Shown in pieces: positions 51,326-64,000 of a DNA stretch of 64,000 bases. The position numbers and the translations under genes were made by a program. This DNA comes from Octopus vulgaris (taxonomy: Eukaryota). The stretch spans positions 123,566,001 through 123,630,000 of the forward strand of contig OX597817.1 in assembly GCA_951406725.2 (NCBI GenBank), given 5' to 3'. The notes below the pieces were generated by a model. It did not search any database, was not told where the DNA came from, and saw only the letters and a list, made by a program, of their open reading frames with translations. Position 1 is the stretch's first letter. Every line of letters begins with the position of its first letter.

Positions 51326-52089
51326 GACAACCTAACATTTTTGCTCTTGCAGGTGCTGCTTTTTTGCCTGTTAAAGTCAGATTTCTTACATTGACACAAG
51401 ATTACTCATATTCAGAGAATGACATATATTTCATTGAATAGACTACCAGTGTATTACTGCTATATATTAAACTCTAATAGTTGATTACAAATATACCTAA
51501 TTGATATTTTTATCAACACAGAGTGTCAATATATATAATTTCTAGTCATAATCAGGTATCTTATTTCTGAATGTGTATTTAATATCAAATGTATGTACCT
51601 GAAAAAGTGAGCCAGTGCATAAGAGTATTGTTACTCTTAGTTCTGAAATATAGGCTCCTTGTTTCAGTTCAGTCTATAGCTATGTGAACATCAATAAATA
51701 AAATGCATGAAGATAATTGAGATCAAAATTATGAAAAGGTAATGTAGTAAAAATACATTTTCCTTTTTAAAATATGTTAGTAGTTCGAACAATTATAGCT
51801 ATGTTAACAATATCGTATCTTAGACACTTAATTTCCTATTATGCTCAGTTATGTTTCCCTTAAAAAAATGGAGAAAATTACAAAGGGTTAATTTGATTGT
51901 CTTTGAGACAACTAGTTAAAAGGTCAAAGTGCATATAAATTCTATTAGATGCAACCCATGTATCAATGTAGAGGTAGTAGGTATGTAACCTTTGTAAGCT
52001 GCATGAGTGTTCTTCACATAATGAATGCCTCTTCAGCTTAAAGTAATAAAATCACGTGATTCAATGAGATAGGAATATAAATAATTCTA

Positions 52090-53070
52090 CTCCATATTCA
52101 TGTGAATCTTCTTCTTCTCAGTTTTTCTTTCAGCACATTTTCATACATACTTACATTGTACATGCAGCAGAGCATGGTAGCTCAATTTCTTTTCCAGTCT
52201 TTTCAAGTCCTCTACATTCAAGATCTTATCTTAATACCATGCAGCTTCAGAGTTCTAACTCTAACATCATATAATTTGCCCTTCATTATGAGGAGAAATC
52301 ACTGGTGTTAGTGCTTTGAAATTTTCCCATCTTGTTCTTACTCTGGCTATTATACTTTTTTCAGAACCACCATTTCCCTAGCTAATTACATCTCCAAGGT
52401 ACCAAAAGCTATCAATTATTCTAGAGATTTATCTGGGCATTCAAAAGAATCTATTTTCAGTGAGCTCATAGTATACTGCTCCAGTACATCTATCTCATAT
52501 GAAGCTTACATTTTTCTGTTAATCTTCCTGAGATTCCTCTACATTACTTGAGTATCCCTAGCTTATACTGAGTACAGCATACATAGAGAGATTTTAATTA
52601 ATCTCTGTATACTGAGTGAAGCCATTTCCCTGAAGATACTATAGCCTTGTCTTCTTTCCTACTTACAAAAACATTTGTCTTTGTTAAGTTTATACTAAAG
52701 CTTCTTGATTCAAGATGTAGCTTCTATGCCTATAATTTCTTTTATAATCCTCCCATAGATTCATCTATGAGAACTAGGTCATTGGCAAAAAAAAGGAGTT
52801 CCCATGGACATCTCTACTTAAACTTCCCTTTCATAGAGCATAGGACTATTACGAGGGCACCAAGGACTTAATCCTTGATGGATTCCTACTTTTGAGCTAA
52901 ATTCACCAAAAAAGGAGTTCCCATGGACATCTCTACTTAAATTTCCCTTTCATAGAGCATAGGACTATGATAATTACGAGGGCACCAAGGACTTAATCCT
53001 TGACGGATTCCTACTTTTGAGCTAAATTCACCAATGAAGTCATAGTTGACTGTCACGCTACTAGATCTTT
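52090..53070 (-). mobile_element. RTE-clade LINE RT relic with an internal ~120-bp tandem duplication
   Basis: Minus strand: VGIRQG..VLG..., CPWELLF.NDLVLIDES (the YADD region), IARVRTRWENFK. Confidence 0.8.
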
Positions 53071-53159
53071 TTAAATAGTGCATGTAGCCATCACAACCAT
53101 CATCATTCATCAATACATAGTTTCCTTATATGTATGTATATGTATATATATATATATAT

Positions 53160-53400
53160 GTAAACAATTATAGATAAGGGCAAAAGAAAAAAGAATTGTA
53201 TGCCAATATGCTGAGATTAGATTTTAAATCGTCATGCTTAAATCGTCATGCTGAAATTGAGGAAAGCAGGCTTGCCTTCCTTGATTTCAGCATGACGTGT
53301 ATTCTTAGTGATTGTATGTGGTGATGATGATTTAAAGTCTATTCTCAGCATATTGGCAAAGAAATCTTTTTTCTTTTGTCCTTGTTTATAATTGTTTATA
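53160..53400. repeat. Nested fold-back element (outer ~75-bp arms, inner ~27-bp hairpin)
   Basis: taaacaattata...tgccaatatgctgaga pairs with tctcagcatattggca...tataattgttta; inner cgtcatgctgaaat/atttcagcatgacg. Confidence 0.85.
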
Positions 53401-54466
53401 ATTTTCACATTTTTGCTATTCAACTTCAAAAAAGGACATAAAGCAGCTGAAACTGCTCGCGATATCAACGAAACATTTGGCAAGGAAATGGCCAGTGAGT
53501 GGTCAGCTCGAAAGTGATTTAAATGATTTCACAATGGAGAACTGAGCCTTGAAGATTGTGAGCATAGTGGACGCCCATCTGTCATTGATGACGGTCAATT
53601 AAAGACTGTCATTGGGAAAGAGCCACATAAAACCCCTCAAGAACTGGCAAAAGAACTTCAAGTTAGTAAGAAAACTGCCTGCAACCATTTGCATGTGATC
53701 AGAAAATCAAAAAAGCTTGATAAATGGATACCATACAATTTGAATAAAAATCAGAAAATGCACAGATATGAAATTTCCTCGTTGCTTCTTTTCCATAATC
53801 AGACCAATCCATTTCTCGACTGTATTGTAACTTGCGATGAAGAGTGGATTCTGTACAATAATGAAAAACGTTTTTCACAGTGGTTGCACCAAAATGAAGC
53901 AGTGAAAACCTTCCCTAAACCTGAGCTCTTTAAAAAGAAGGTTATGGTGCCTGTTTGGTGGACTCATCCTCTATAACTTCTTAAAACCTGGAAAAAGCAT
54001 TACTTCAGAAACATATTGCCATAAAATTGCCAAAATGAATGCAAAACTGCTACTTCTCTGTCCCAGACTGGATAACAGAAGAGAGTCAATCATTCTTCAT
54101 AACAATGCTCGATCAAACATTTCACTAATGATGCTCTAGAAGTTGAGGGAGTTTGGCTATGAAGTTCTTCCCCACCCAACTTATTCCTCAGACCTTTCTC
54201 CTACCGACTATTACTTTTTAAAGCACCTTGAATGTTTCCTGCTAGAGAAGTTCAAATATTAGACCAATGCTGAAAGGGCATTCAAAGAGTTCATCAGCTT
54301 CAGAACTCCAGATTTTTATGTTACCAGAATACACAAACTTGTGACTCACTGGAAAAAATGTGCTGATTGTAATGGTACTTTGATGAATAAAATTTCCGCA
54401 TTGTTGTAATATATTGTGACGAATTTCATATTTCAAAACGTTGCTTACTTTTTACTCTGCCTGATA
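53400..54466 (+). mobile_element. mariner (DD34D, Hsmar1/cecropia-like) near-complete transposase pseudogene with 3' TIR
   Basis: FKKGHKAAETARDINETFG, HSGRPS, KLDKWIPY, IVTCDEEWI, ILHNNAR, HPTYSSDLSPTDYY; in-frame stops; ends ctgcctgaTA. Confidence 0.9.
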
Positions 54467-54494
54467 TATACATATGTATGTATGTATGTATGTG

Positions 54495-54572
<78 letters not shown>

Positions 54573-54616
54573 CATATGTATATGTCTGTATATATACGTA
54601 TGTATGCATGTATATC

Positions 54617-54650
<34 letters not shown>

Positions 54651-54662
54651 TATATATACATA

Positions 54663-54860
54663 TGTATTTGTGTTTCTGTGTTTGTCCTCCGCCATCATTT
54701 GACAACCGGTGCTGGTGTGTTTACATCCTTGTAACATAGCAGTTCAATAAAAGAAACCGATAGAATAAATACTAGGCTTATAAAGAGTAAGTCCTTTGGT
54801 CGATTTGTTCAACTAAAAGCGGTGCATGGCAGCAGTCAAATGACTGAAACAAGTAATAGA
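54663..54860 (+). mobile_element. SINE A 3' half
   Basis: tgacaaccggtgctggtgtgtttac...cagtcaaatgactgaaacaag. Confidence 0.8.
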
Positions 54861-54880
54861 TAAATAAATAAATATATATA

Positions 54881-54953
<73 letters not shown>

Positions 54954-54962
54954 ATATATATG

Positions 54963-55014
<52 letters not shown>

Positions 55015-56175
55015 TACACACATATGTATGTATGTGTACATTTATATTTGTACGTATGCATATGAGTGTGTGTATATATATATGTATATATATACACATA
55101 TATATGTACATATATACATACATACATATATACATACATACATATACACTTGTGTGTGTTTGTCTGACTGGACAAAAACAGACTTTAATTCCTACTTCAC
55201 AGTTGAGTGGTTAGCAGCAGCAGGGTATCCAGCTGTTAAAAACAATTACTTCAACATATAAATTGTTGTACTTATGCAAGCATGAGAAAATAGATATAAA
55301 ACAGTAAAAAGAACACGCATACACACATATAGATACACACATGCATGCACACTCACACAAACATGCACACACACACACACACATACACTCACACACATGT
55401 ACACATGTTAGAATTCATATACAACTTCAAGAAAATGACAAGAAGTGTCATGATTTTTCTGAGTTATTGAACTGTTTCTTGCACAAGAAAACAGACATGA
55501 GAAGATTAAGGGCTATTGATTTCTTGCATTGGCTCAAAGCCACAGATTTCTATAGGAAATGGTTTACTGAAGGAAATAGAATCCCACCGAAAGCCTGGTG
55601 ATTATCGACCAAGAGTGAAAAGAAGAAAGGGTAATACTTATTCTCACAAAACTTGAACCCAATTCATAGAGAAAATAATCTTGTCTAGCCAAAGTTGGAT
55701 CCTCATTGTGTTGCACTTGACATGTTAAATATAACAGCCAAATTTCAATCAAATTATATGATACCATCTTATAAATAGGATATATTACATGATACTGACT
55801 AGAAGCATAATATTTCAATAATATAATGAAAAATGGGATGATGATGATATATATGCTGTCAGTCATGGCTATGCTTGGAAAGTGCTGAACCATTTGAGGC
55901 TAGCGTCAGCAAATTTACAAACAACTGCTTTTTTGTTTAACATGGCTACAGTATAGCTGTGTAGTCAACGAGTTAGCTTCACAATAATAAAGTTTGGGCT
56001 GTGATCACACTGCATGGCATCTTGGGCAGATGTCTTTTACTACAGTCAATTCTTGTGAGTGAAATAGGATGAATGCAGACAAGTCAGAAATTTGTTACAC
56101 ACTCAGATACACAGACACACACATGCATAAATAAAGTGAGAGAGAGAGAGAGAAAGAAAGAGAGAGATAGAGAAA

Positions 56176-56223
<48 letters not shown>

Positions 56224-56233
56224 GAGAGAGAGA

Positions 56234-56480
56234 GAATTTGAGAATGGTGTGGAATGGATGATGTGATCACAGAGAACTGAAAGTACAAGTTCTGCTGGAC
56301 CAGACATGTTTTGCAAGGTTCACAGAAAACAGGTAGAACCACACAGGTTGCTGAGTGGTATCCAGAAGATTGGAAAAGGCCACTTTGAAGGCATCCATAA
56401 TAGTGGAGAGATGATTTAGTCTAGCAATTTGGGCCCAAGATGAAAAAGAATGGCACCATCAAGACTGAATTGGTAGGGCA
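56234..56480 (+). mobile_element. RTE LINE 3' fragment after (GA)n
   Basis: GMDDVITE..KFCWTRHV...EWYPEDWKRPL, related to 41930-42257. Confidence 0.65.
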
Positions 56481-56572
56481 GTGCACTACCACTTATCCCT
56501 CTCCTTGAACTCACATTCTTTTGCCACCTATCCTGGATTTTCAATATCATCCCTTACTACATTATTTTCAAA

Positions 56573-56800
56573 GGTGGCGAGCTGGCAGAAACGTTAGCAC
56601 GCCGGGCGAAATGCGTAGCCGTATTTCGTCTGCCGTTAGGTTCTGAGTTCAAATTCCACCGAGTTCAACTTTGCCTTTCATCCTTTCGGGGTTGATAAAT
56701 TAAGTACTAGTTCACTGGGGTCGATGTAAACAACTTAATCCGTTTGTCTGTCCTTGTTTGTCCCCTCTGTGTTTAGCCCCTTGTGGGTAGTAAAGAAATA
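56573..56800 (+). mobile_element. SINE B1, full length
   Basis: TSD attattttc at 56561-69 and 56801-09. Confidence 0.9.
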
Positions 56801-57079
56801 ATTATTTTCTACTGAACATTCCTTTTCCCTGAGTACTCTCTCATATCTCTCAATCACTGCCCCCTCCCTCACTTTTATTCACTACTTTCTACTTTTACCC
56901 CCTACTTACCTAAGACCCATGTCTTTCTCACTGAGCATCCCTCCCTCACTTCCACTGCTTTACATCATCTCACTGTTTTTCTTCTATGAATAGTTTTATT
57001 ACACTCTTGTCCTCCACTCTCCACTCATTTTTGCTCTACCACCTTCTATCATTTTCTCATCCCTGGTTCATTCCCATTT

Positions 57080-57690
57080 TCATCATCATCATCATCATTT
57101 AGCATTTGTTTTCCATGCTGGCATGAGGTGAACAATTTGACAGGAGCTACCCAGCCGAAGTGATGCTGCCCAGTCTCCATGTCTGTTTTTGCATGGTTTC
57201 TATGGCTTTATGCCCTTTCATAAACTGCACCAGTGTTCACCATCCACTGTATTCATCTCAGTCCCCATCTTTAACCATCAGTCATTTTCCTTTTACATTC
57301 TCATGAAATTACCTATCCATATTTCCTTTCCAATTCACCATCACTATTCTTTTCTATATCCATCTTCTTGCAACTTAAAAGTATGTCTCGGCACTGCATC
57401 CCCACCATCGTTTATCTCTTTCACACTGGGGTAACCATGTCTCTTCTTTAGAGCATCTGTTCTTGTCCCTCTATCATACTTTATCATCACCCGGCATAAA
57501 GTCACCTCCTTGTAAATTACTTGATGACTTCATTCATGTTGCAGCCACTCTGTAAAGTAGTTGGTGCTTGGAAAGGCATCCAGCTGTGTATATTCGAGAT
57601 CAACCCAGTTCTCTAACTTGTCAGATTCTGTCAGACTGTCCAACCCATGCCAACATAGAAGATATGTTAATGTGGAATAATGCTACTGCT
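57080..57690. mobile_element. SINE C fragments: (-) 57080-57230, (+) 57540-57690
   Basis: ttccatgctggcatg; ggaaaggcatccagctg...ccaacccatgcc. Confidence 0.6.
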
Positions 57691-58261
57691 GATGATATAA
57701 AAAGGAACACACACACACACATGTACGTGTACCCATGTATGCAAACACATAGTGTATGCATGTGCATATGTATGTGTGAGTGAGTGTCTGTGTGTGTAAG
57801 TGTGTGTGTGTGAATGTGCATGTTTACCTGATTTTGTAGATACAAAACATCCAAAAAAACATCTGTGCTTTTCAGAGTCATTTGTCATAATACACACAAC
57901 CTCTTGTCACTCTCAACATAAGCAATATAGAGAACCACTAATTGGCTCATTTGAAACATGTAACTAATGACATTATTTTTCCCAAACTGTAATAAGAAAT
58001 ATTGATAAGTATTTAATCTGGTACTATAGCATATTTAGCTAGTGCTATTTTCAATAAGAAAACTTTATTTTGCAAGTAAATTTAGCAATTATTATGAAGA
58101 TAATCAAATGAAATGTAACCTGAGCTGAAGAAACTGTAGATCAGATATTGGTTTCATCTGAGCAAGCAAGAAATTTCAGAGTTTGCTAATGTGTAAGTTG
58201 ATGTCTTCAGAGAGAAAACATATTTAGAAAAAATATACTATTAATTATTCTGTTAATATAC

Positions 58262-58410
58262 TGTGTCATGCTGGATCTCCCCGAGAACTATTTTAAGGGT
58301 ACACATGTCTGTGGAGTGCTCAACCACTTGGATGTTAATTTCATGAGCAGACTGTTATGTTGATCGGATCAACTGGAAACCTCGTCGTTGTAACTGACAG
58401 AGTGCCAATC
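58262..58410 (+). mobile_element. SINE D1 3' fragment
   Basis: Matches 17350-17495. Confidence 0.8.
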
Positions 58411-58654
58411 TGGGTTGCATATGAAACCAAATATTTTTCATCATAGATGGGAAGAATCAGAATGGTAAACTGATAAAGCAAGGAGATGCAGAAAAAGAAA
58501 TGAAATAGTAAAGAAATATTAGTATAATGTTGTCTTGCTGTGCTACACGTTTTTGTATCATAAAACATTGTTAAATGAAGCTGATAGAAATACAAAGTAC
58601 AATATAGAATCAAGGATAACCTGTAGGTACAAAGTATACATACATAGTGGTGAA

Positions 58655-58960
58655 GAGACAACATGCCTCCTTATGAGAGCTCAAAATCTCTCGTGGAAGC
58701 ATCGTCCAACCAAAGTACAAATATATGGGAAATTACCACCTGTATCATCACTTGTGAAAGGTAGAAGAGTCCAGTTTGCTGGAGATTGTTGTAGAGCTGA
58801 AAACGAGGTAATTTCTACTCTTCTCCTCTGGAAGCCATCTGCTCGCGATACCAGAGGGCGCACACTCTCCTACCCTGATGTAGTCTTCAGGGATACAGGC
58901 ATCCAGCAACAGGACCTCCATAATGCTATGACCTCGGTCGAACAATGATGAATGATGAAG
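58655..58960 (+). mobile_element. RTE-like LINE 3' fragment related to the Gypsy-nested copy
   Basis: LLMRAQNLSWKHRPTKVQIYG...RRVQFAGDCCRAE..ISTLLLW; ggtcgaa...gatga tail. Confidence 0.8.
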
Positions 58961-59299
58961 AGACAACTAGTTTTTAGAGAGTGATCCTCCTGTTTATGTT
59001 TGTGAATTTTTATCTCTTGCCATATGTTTTAATTTATGGCAAACAAATACTTACATGTGGAGATAAACACTTTTCGGTGTGCATCAACTGAAAATTGTCA
59101 TCATCTTTATCACTAAAATTAGAACACGATAACCACCATGATTGTCTTTGTCCTCATCCCAGACAAGTCGCACCATCATTCCACCACTGCTATTATTATC
59201 ACTTACTCTCTCTCTCCACTAATCTTCACCATCATCAAATTCAGAAGGAATCATTATCATCACTATCACACGCATTCCTCACCAATACGATCACTAACT

Positions 59300-59334
59300 C
59301 TATCATCATCATCATCATCATCACCACCACCACC

Positions 59335-59368
<34 letters not shown>

Positions 59369-59422
59369 TCATCACCACCACCACCACCACCACCACCACC
59401 ACCACCACCACCACCACCATCA
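59300..59422. repeat. (CAT)n/(CAC)n compound trinucleotide repeat
   Basis: Seen directly. Confidence 0.95.
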
Positions 59423-60339
59423 TTACTGCAATAATTTTTTTTTACATGTTTATTTTTATTAAAATATTCTATTTTCTTCTGTAATGACTTGCAAATTGAA
59501 CAGACAGGCCATACAACTAAATATTACTAGAAGTCATTATGATGATAGATGATTCAGTCACTCATAATTGTAGCTAAATTATATATTACATTGATAAAAT
59601 AGTTGAAATGTGAGACAGATAATATATATCATAACCAAATAAGAAGATAAACGCAGTGCATTATCACCATATTTCCAATGAAATATGTTTTATACGTATT
59701 TCTATTTTATTTTGAAAATAATTACATTTTCTTCAGGGATTTAGTAGAATGATTTCATTGTTAAACTTATGTTTGTAACGTATGTAACTAAAAAAAAAAG
59801 TATTCTTACGTGAAATAATTAAGTAAGATTAAAATTATATATGGAAACTCTGAAACAACAACTTCTGTATCATAAATTTGGTGGTTGTTGCAATCAGATA
59901 GATAATAAAAAGTATTAATTAATCAAATGTAAAACAGTTTGAAGAATCTGATCAATATCATAATTGTAGCACAAGCAACAACTATGTGTACATATATTTA
60001 TATATGTTATAACACATTCATTTGCCTTCATTGCAAGGTTTAATTTTATTGCACCTTTTCAGTGTCATGTGACAATGTCACATGATTTTTAACTAACCAT
60101 GACTTATAATAATTCCTTTGAACTGATAAAATTATATGGCTGTTATCAGTTAGTTTGGATGCACTCATTGTTGAACACAACTTTGTGAAGTTTCATTTTT
60201 GCAATAAAATAAACTGTTTATTAAGCATTCACCAAAGTTGTAAAATGATATAATGGAATGCAGATTTTGATCTTTCAAACTGACATCATTTGCTCTCACT
60301 CATGTGCTTTCACTCATGTCAATATTTCCACAAATATAA

Positions 60340-60720
60340 GGCAACAGTCTGGCAGAATCATTAGCATGTAAGGCAAAATGTTTAGCATTTCCTCAGACTT
60401 TATATTCTGAGTTCAAATTCTGCTGAGGTCCACTTTGCCTTTCATCCTTTTGGAATGAATAAAATAAAGTACCAGTTGAGCACTGGGGTCATTGTAATTG
60501 ACTTAACACTTACTGACCTTGTGACAAAATCTGGCAGAACTGTTAGCATGCTGGACAAGATACTTAGTAACATTTTGTCTATCTTAACATTCTGAGTTCA
60601 AATTACACCAAAGTGGACATTATCTTTCACCCTTTTGGGATCAATAAAACATGTACTGTTCGAGCACTGGGGCCAGTGTAATCAACTCCTCTCACTAAAT
60701 TGTTGACCTTGTGCAAACAC
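60340..60720 (+). mobile_element. Two tandem SINE B2 copies
   Basis: tctggcagaa..gttagcatg...ttctgagttcaaatt...gagcactgggg occurs twice. Confidence 0.75.
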
Positions 60721-62177
60721 AATATTTCCATAGATACATTTATCTTGTCTCACCCACACACCAACCCACCAACATACTGCCCCAATTGCATTGCATGATT
60801 CTTGAAATAACAGAATTTTTGTGATTATATCATCTTCTACATCTAATGAACAGTTGCCAAGTTATCTTTCAAGGTGTTTCATTTTCATATTTCAATTACT
60901 AATTCCTGTGCTGTTTCTAACAGACTAAATTTTAACAATGAACTGTTTGATTTACCATTAAGAAAATTCTAAACTTTCATGTTAGAAATACTTCCCTATT
61001 TCAGTAGTTCTTATTTTACAGCATCTGTTGATAAAATATTTTCCAAAATTTTTGTTACACTTTTCACCTGTAAGACAGATTGGGATCTACTGTTTTGATT
61101 TTCAAAATTGGAATTAAAAAAATATAAATTTCAACTTCCTTTTACTGTTAGGCATAGTTGCGTGGTTAAGAAGTTGTGTGAGACCTTGCACAAGTGGTAT
61201 TCTACTATAACACAGGGCCAACTAATGTCTTCTGAATGAAAGTAGGAGATGAAACTGATTTCTGTAGCCGTGCTATGTAGATGTGTATTTGGCACTTAGT
61301 AAGTAAAAGAAAAAAAAGAATCGTCTGCAACAATAACAATCAAAGCAAGGAATTGACAATAATGATTTTACATTTCAAACATGTAATCAATGTGGTGGTT
61401 TCAAGATTGGCCTCATTAATTATCAGTGAGGCAGACAGGAAGACATCATCATCACCTAAGATAGATTGATCAAGGAGGATGAGAGGTTGATCAGAAAATT
61501 TTTGTCAAGAAAGCAGATGGAATTTTGAATACAATTTAATCTGTTTATGGGAATGCGTATATACATGTGCTTGTGTGTGTGCGTGTGTGTGTGTGTGTGT
61601 GTGCACGCGCATATACACGTGTGTGTTTGCGTTTTCGTGTGGGAGTAGTGGATGCAAAACTTTTGTGTGGGTCACACTTATGCTATGTAGAAATTATGCA
61701 GAAACGAAATAATTTCTGACTCTGAAGAAACAATAATTGGAAGTGAATTTTTTAATGGCTTTGAAAAATCCCATCATTTAGTTATAGTTGCTGCTGTTTA
61801 CCCCCAGGTCAACCTTGATCAAGCAGACATATAATTAAATGCCATCTAGCTACGTCCATCTATTGTTTTTGCCAGACAAAATGTATTTTAGACAACGTTA
61901 TCTAATTTATTATTCCTATTTTAAGACATTAGGGTGTAATTTTGAGGAAAAATTGATTGCTATTTATTACATACCAACCAGTCACTAATTGTCACTCTCT
62001 GCTTCATTCACCCAAACACATGTAAGTTCTTTCTTGTACACTCTTTCTTTCTCTCTCTTCCCACTTCTCTCTTGCTTTCTCCTACTTGGAAGACATGACA
62101 ATGTCTCTTATTGTTTCTCTTCTTTTTTCGTAACCACACTAAGGTTACATCTCATTCTTTTGAACAACAACGTTACA

Positions 62178-62490
62178 ACTCAGTAGTTAGAGCATTGAGT
62201 TTACAATCATGAAGTAGTGATTTCAATTCCTGGACCAAACTCTGTGTTGTGTTCTTGAACAAGACATTTTATTTCACATTGCTCCAGTCCACTCAGTTGT
62301 AGAAACGAGTTGTGACGTCACTAGTGCCAAGCTGTATTGGCCTTTCCCTGTACATTGGTATGGAGATGAGACATTGTTATGCATGAGCAACTGCTGGTCT
62401 TCCACAAGGGAACCTCGTCCCGGATTTGTGCATCAGAGAGTAACTTTCTAGGTGCAATCTCATGGTGATTCATGACTGAATGATGTCTTT
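62178..62490 (+). mobile_element. SINE D2-headed element
   Basis: tRNA-like head, gtgttcttgaacaagacattttatttcacattgctccagtccactcag. Confidence 0.7.
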
Positions 62491-62688
62491 ATTATAACTC
62501 TCTTTTTCTAATATTTTTCCTTCCTTGAGTAACCACATCGATGTTCTCTCACACGTCACCCACCATTTAATAGCATTTTTCTCCTAGTTTTACTTCATAG
62601 AGATACCCAACATCCATCTCTTGAATAACCACAACTAGGTTCATTCTTTCTCCTTACTTTTGTTTTGGTATCATAGCCACATATGAGA

Positions 62689-62740
<52 letters not shown>

Positions 62741-62769
62741 ATCTTTCATTTGAATGAGTTTTTTTATCT

Positions 62770-63187
62770 TTCATCTCTTACTTATTTCAGTCATTGGACT
62801 GTGGCCATACTGGGGCACCGCCCTGAGTTTTGTTGAATAAATTGAGCTTAATTACTTATTTTTAAAGACTGGTGCTTATTTTATCAGCCTCTTTTGCCAA
62901 ACTACTACATTACAGGAATGTAAACAAACTATCACCGGTTGTCAAGTTCTGCAGGAAAAACAAAAACACACACGTACGCACACACACACACGCACACACG
63001 CACACAAACTCACATACACACACATAAATATGACAGGCTTCTTTAGGTTTCTGTCCATCATATCTACTCATAAGGATTTGGTCAAACCAAGGTTATAATA
63101 CAAGACACTTGCCCAAGGAATGAAGCAGTAGAACTGAACCAGAAACCATGTGGTTGTGAAGCAAACTTCTTACCACAGAGCCACACT
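62770..63187 (-). mobile_element. SINE family A, older copy
   Basis: Reverse complement of the family A consensus, including the internal microsatellite. Confidence 0.8.
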
Positions 63188-63419
63188 GAATATATAGAGA
63201 TTCTCTACCTGATTTATATGTAATATGTGATGAATACACTAGAAGTTTATGAAGGTCATCACACACTTTTTATTACACACAGAAAGGTATTTTGCTTCTC
63301 TTATACCTGTAATGCTTTTGGAATTAACACAAAGCTCATAAATTCAAGCAATGCTTTTCCCAGTTCACGAAAGCAGAGGGTCTTTATGCCTTGGCAATAG
63401 AAAACAAACCAATATCATT

Positions 63420-63499
<80 letters not shown>

Positions 63500-63504
63500 T
63501 AGGA

Positions 63505-63542
<38 letters not shown>

Positions 63543-64000
63543 TGTATGTATTTATATCTATATATATATAAGTGAGCATACATGCTCACATATACCTACA
63601 TTCATATACATATATGTATACATACATTCCTACATGCATATATGTGTGTGTGTGTGTGTTATTCATTGTGTTAAATTTCATTCTTTACTTGTGAACATTT
63701 CAAACAAATGCTAATGAAAATATCATTTGTATTATATATATATTGCTCAATTAAATTCTTGAAAATTTCAAATAATTTTGGCTATAGAATTAATGTTTTT
63801 GAATTACGCAAGCTTCAGCATACAAGTTTTATTTTTTTCTCTCTCTCTCTTTCTGTAATGAAAGGAAGTGATTTTCAGAAATTAGTATGCGATAATGAAT
63901 TCGCAAGAATGATCTTGCAATCATTTTCATGTGTAATTAAATAGATTGATAGTTGAATGAACAATAGAATAACTTGATGGTCTATACATGATATATCTCT

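Noticed and set aside
53400-54390. Intact or domesticated mariner transposase (SETMAR-like)
   Set aside because: Several in-frame stops, a frameshift, altered catalytic residues and no SET domain.
58535-58948. 137-aa host protein
   Set aside because: The C-terminal part is an RTE LINE fragment homologous to 21515-21974.
59095-59484. Poly-Pro/Ser/Thr/Ile ORFs
   Set aside because: (CAT)n/(CAC)n repeat read in different frames; no splice or domain support.

Overview
AT-rich eukaryotic intergenic/intronic DNA made almost entirely of transposon relics and microsatellites. The SINE repertoire and (TA)n/(CATA)n/(TAA)n density point to an octopus (coleoid cephalopod) genome; this is inference from recalled SINE families, not a database result. 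I find no supportable host protein-coding gene, and no rRNA, tRNA or CRISPR array. Nearly all long ORFs in the track are translated microsatellites. Recognisable content: (i) a decayed Ty3/Gypsy LTR element (19064-23407) with tRNA-Ser(GCU) PBS, PPT and a nested RTE; (ii) six Tc1/mariner relics; (iii) R4/Dong-type RLE LINE fragments sitting in (TAA)n or (CATA)n; (iv) RTE and Penelope-like fragments; (v) several dozen SINE/short-repeat copies, labelled locally as families A, B1/B2, C, D1/D2, E and F; (vi) two long fold-back palindromes and a degenerate 29-bp minisatellite. Most interesting signals: minimal hammerhead-ribozyme motifs with a shared non-canonical CCGA core in (TA)n-adjacent Penelope-like repeats; an apparently (CATA)n-targeting R4/Dong family; a SINE that repeatedly inserts at an AACY|RGWA site, including the same position of its own relatives; and a covarying 3' stem-loop shared by two different short retroelements. 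Boundaries were read by eye and are approximate unless TSD/TIR evidence is cited.
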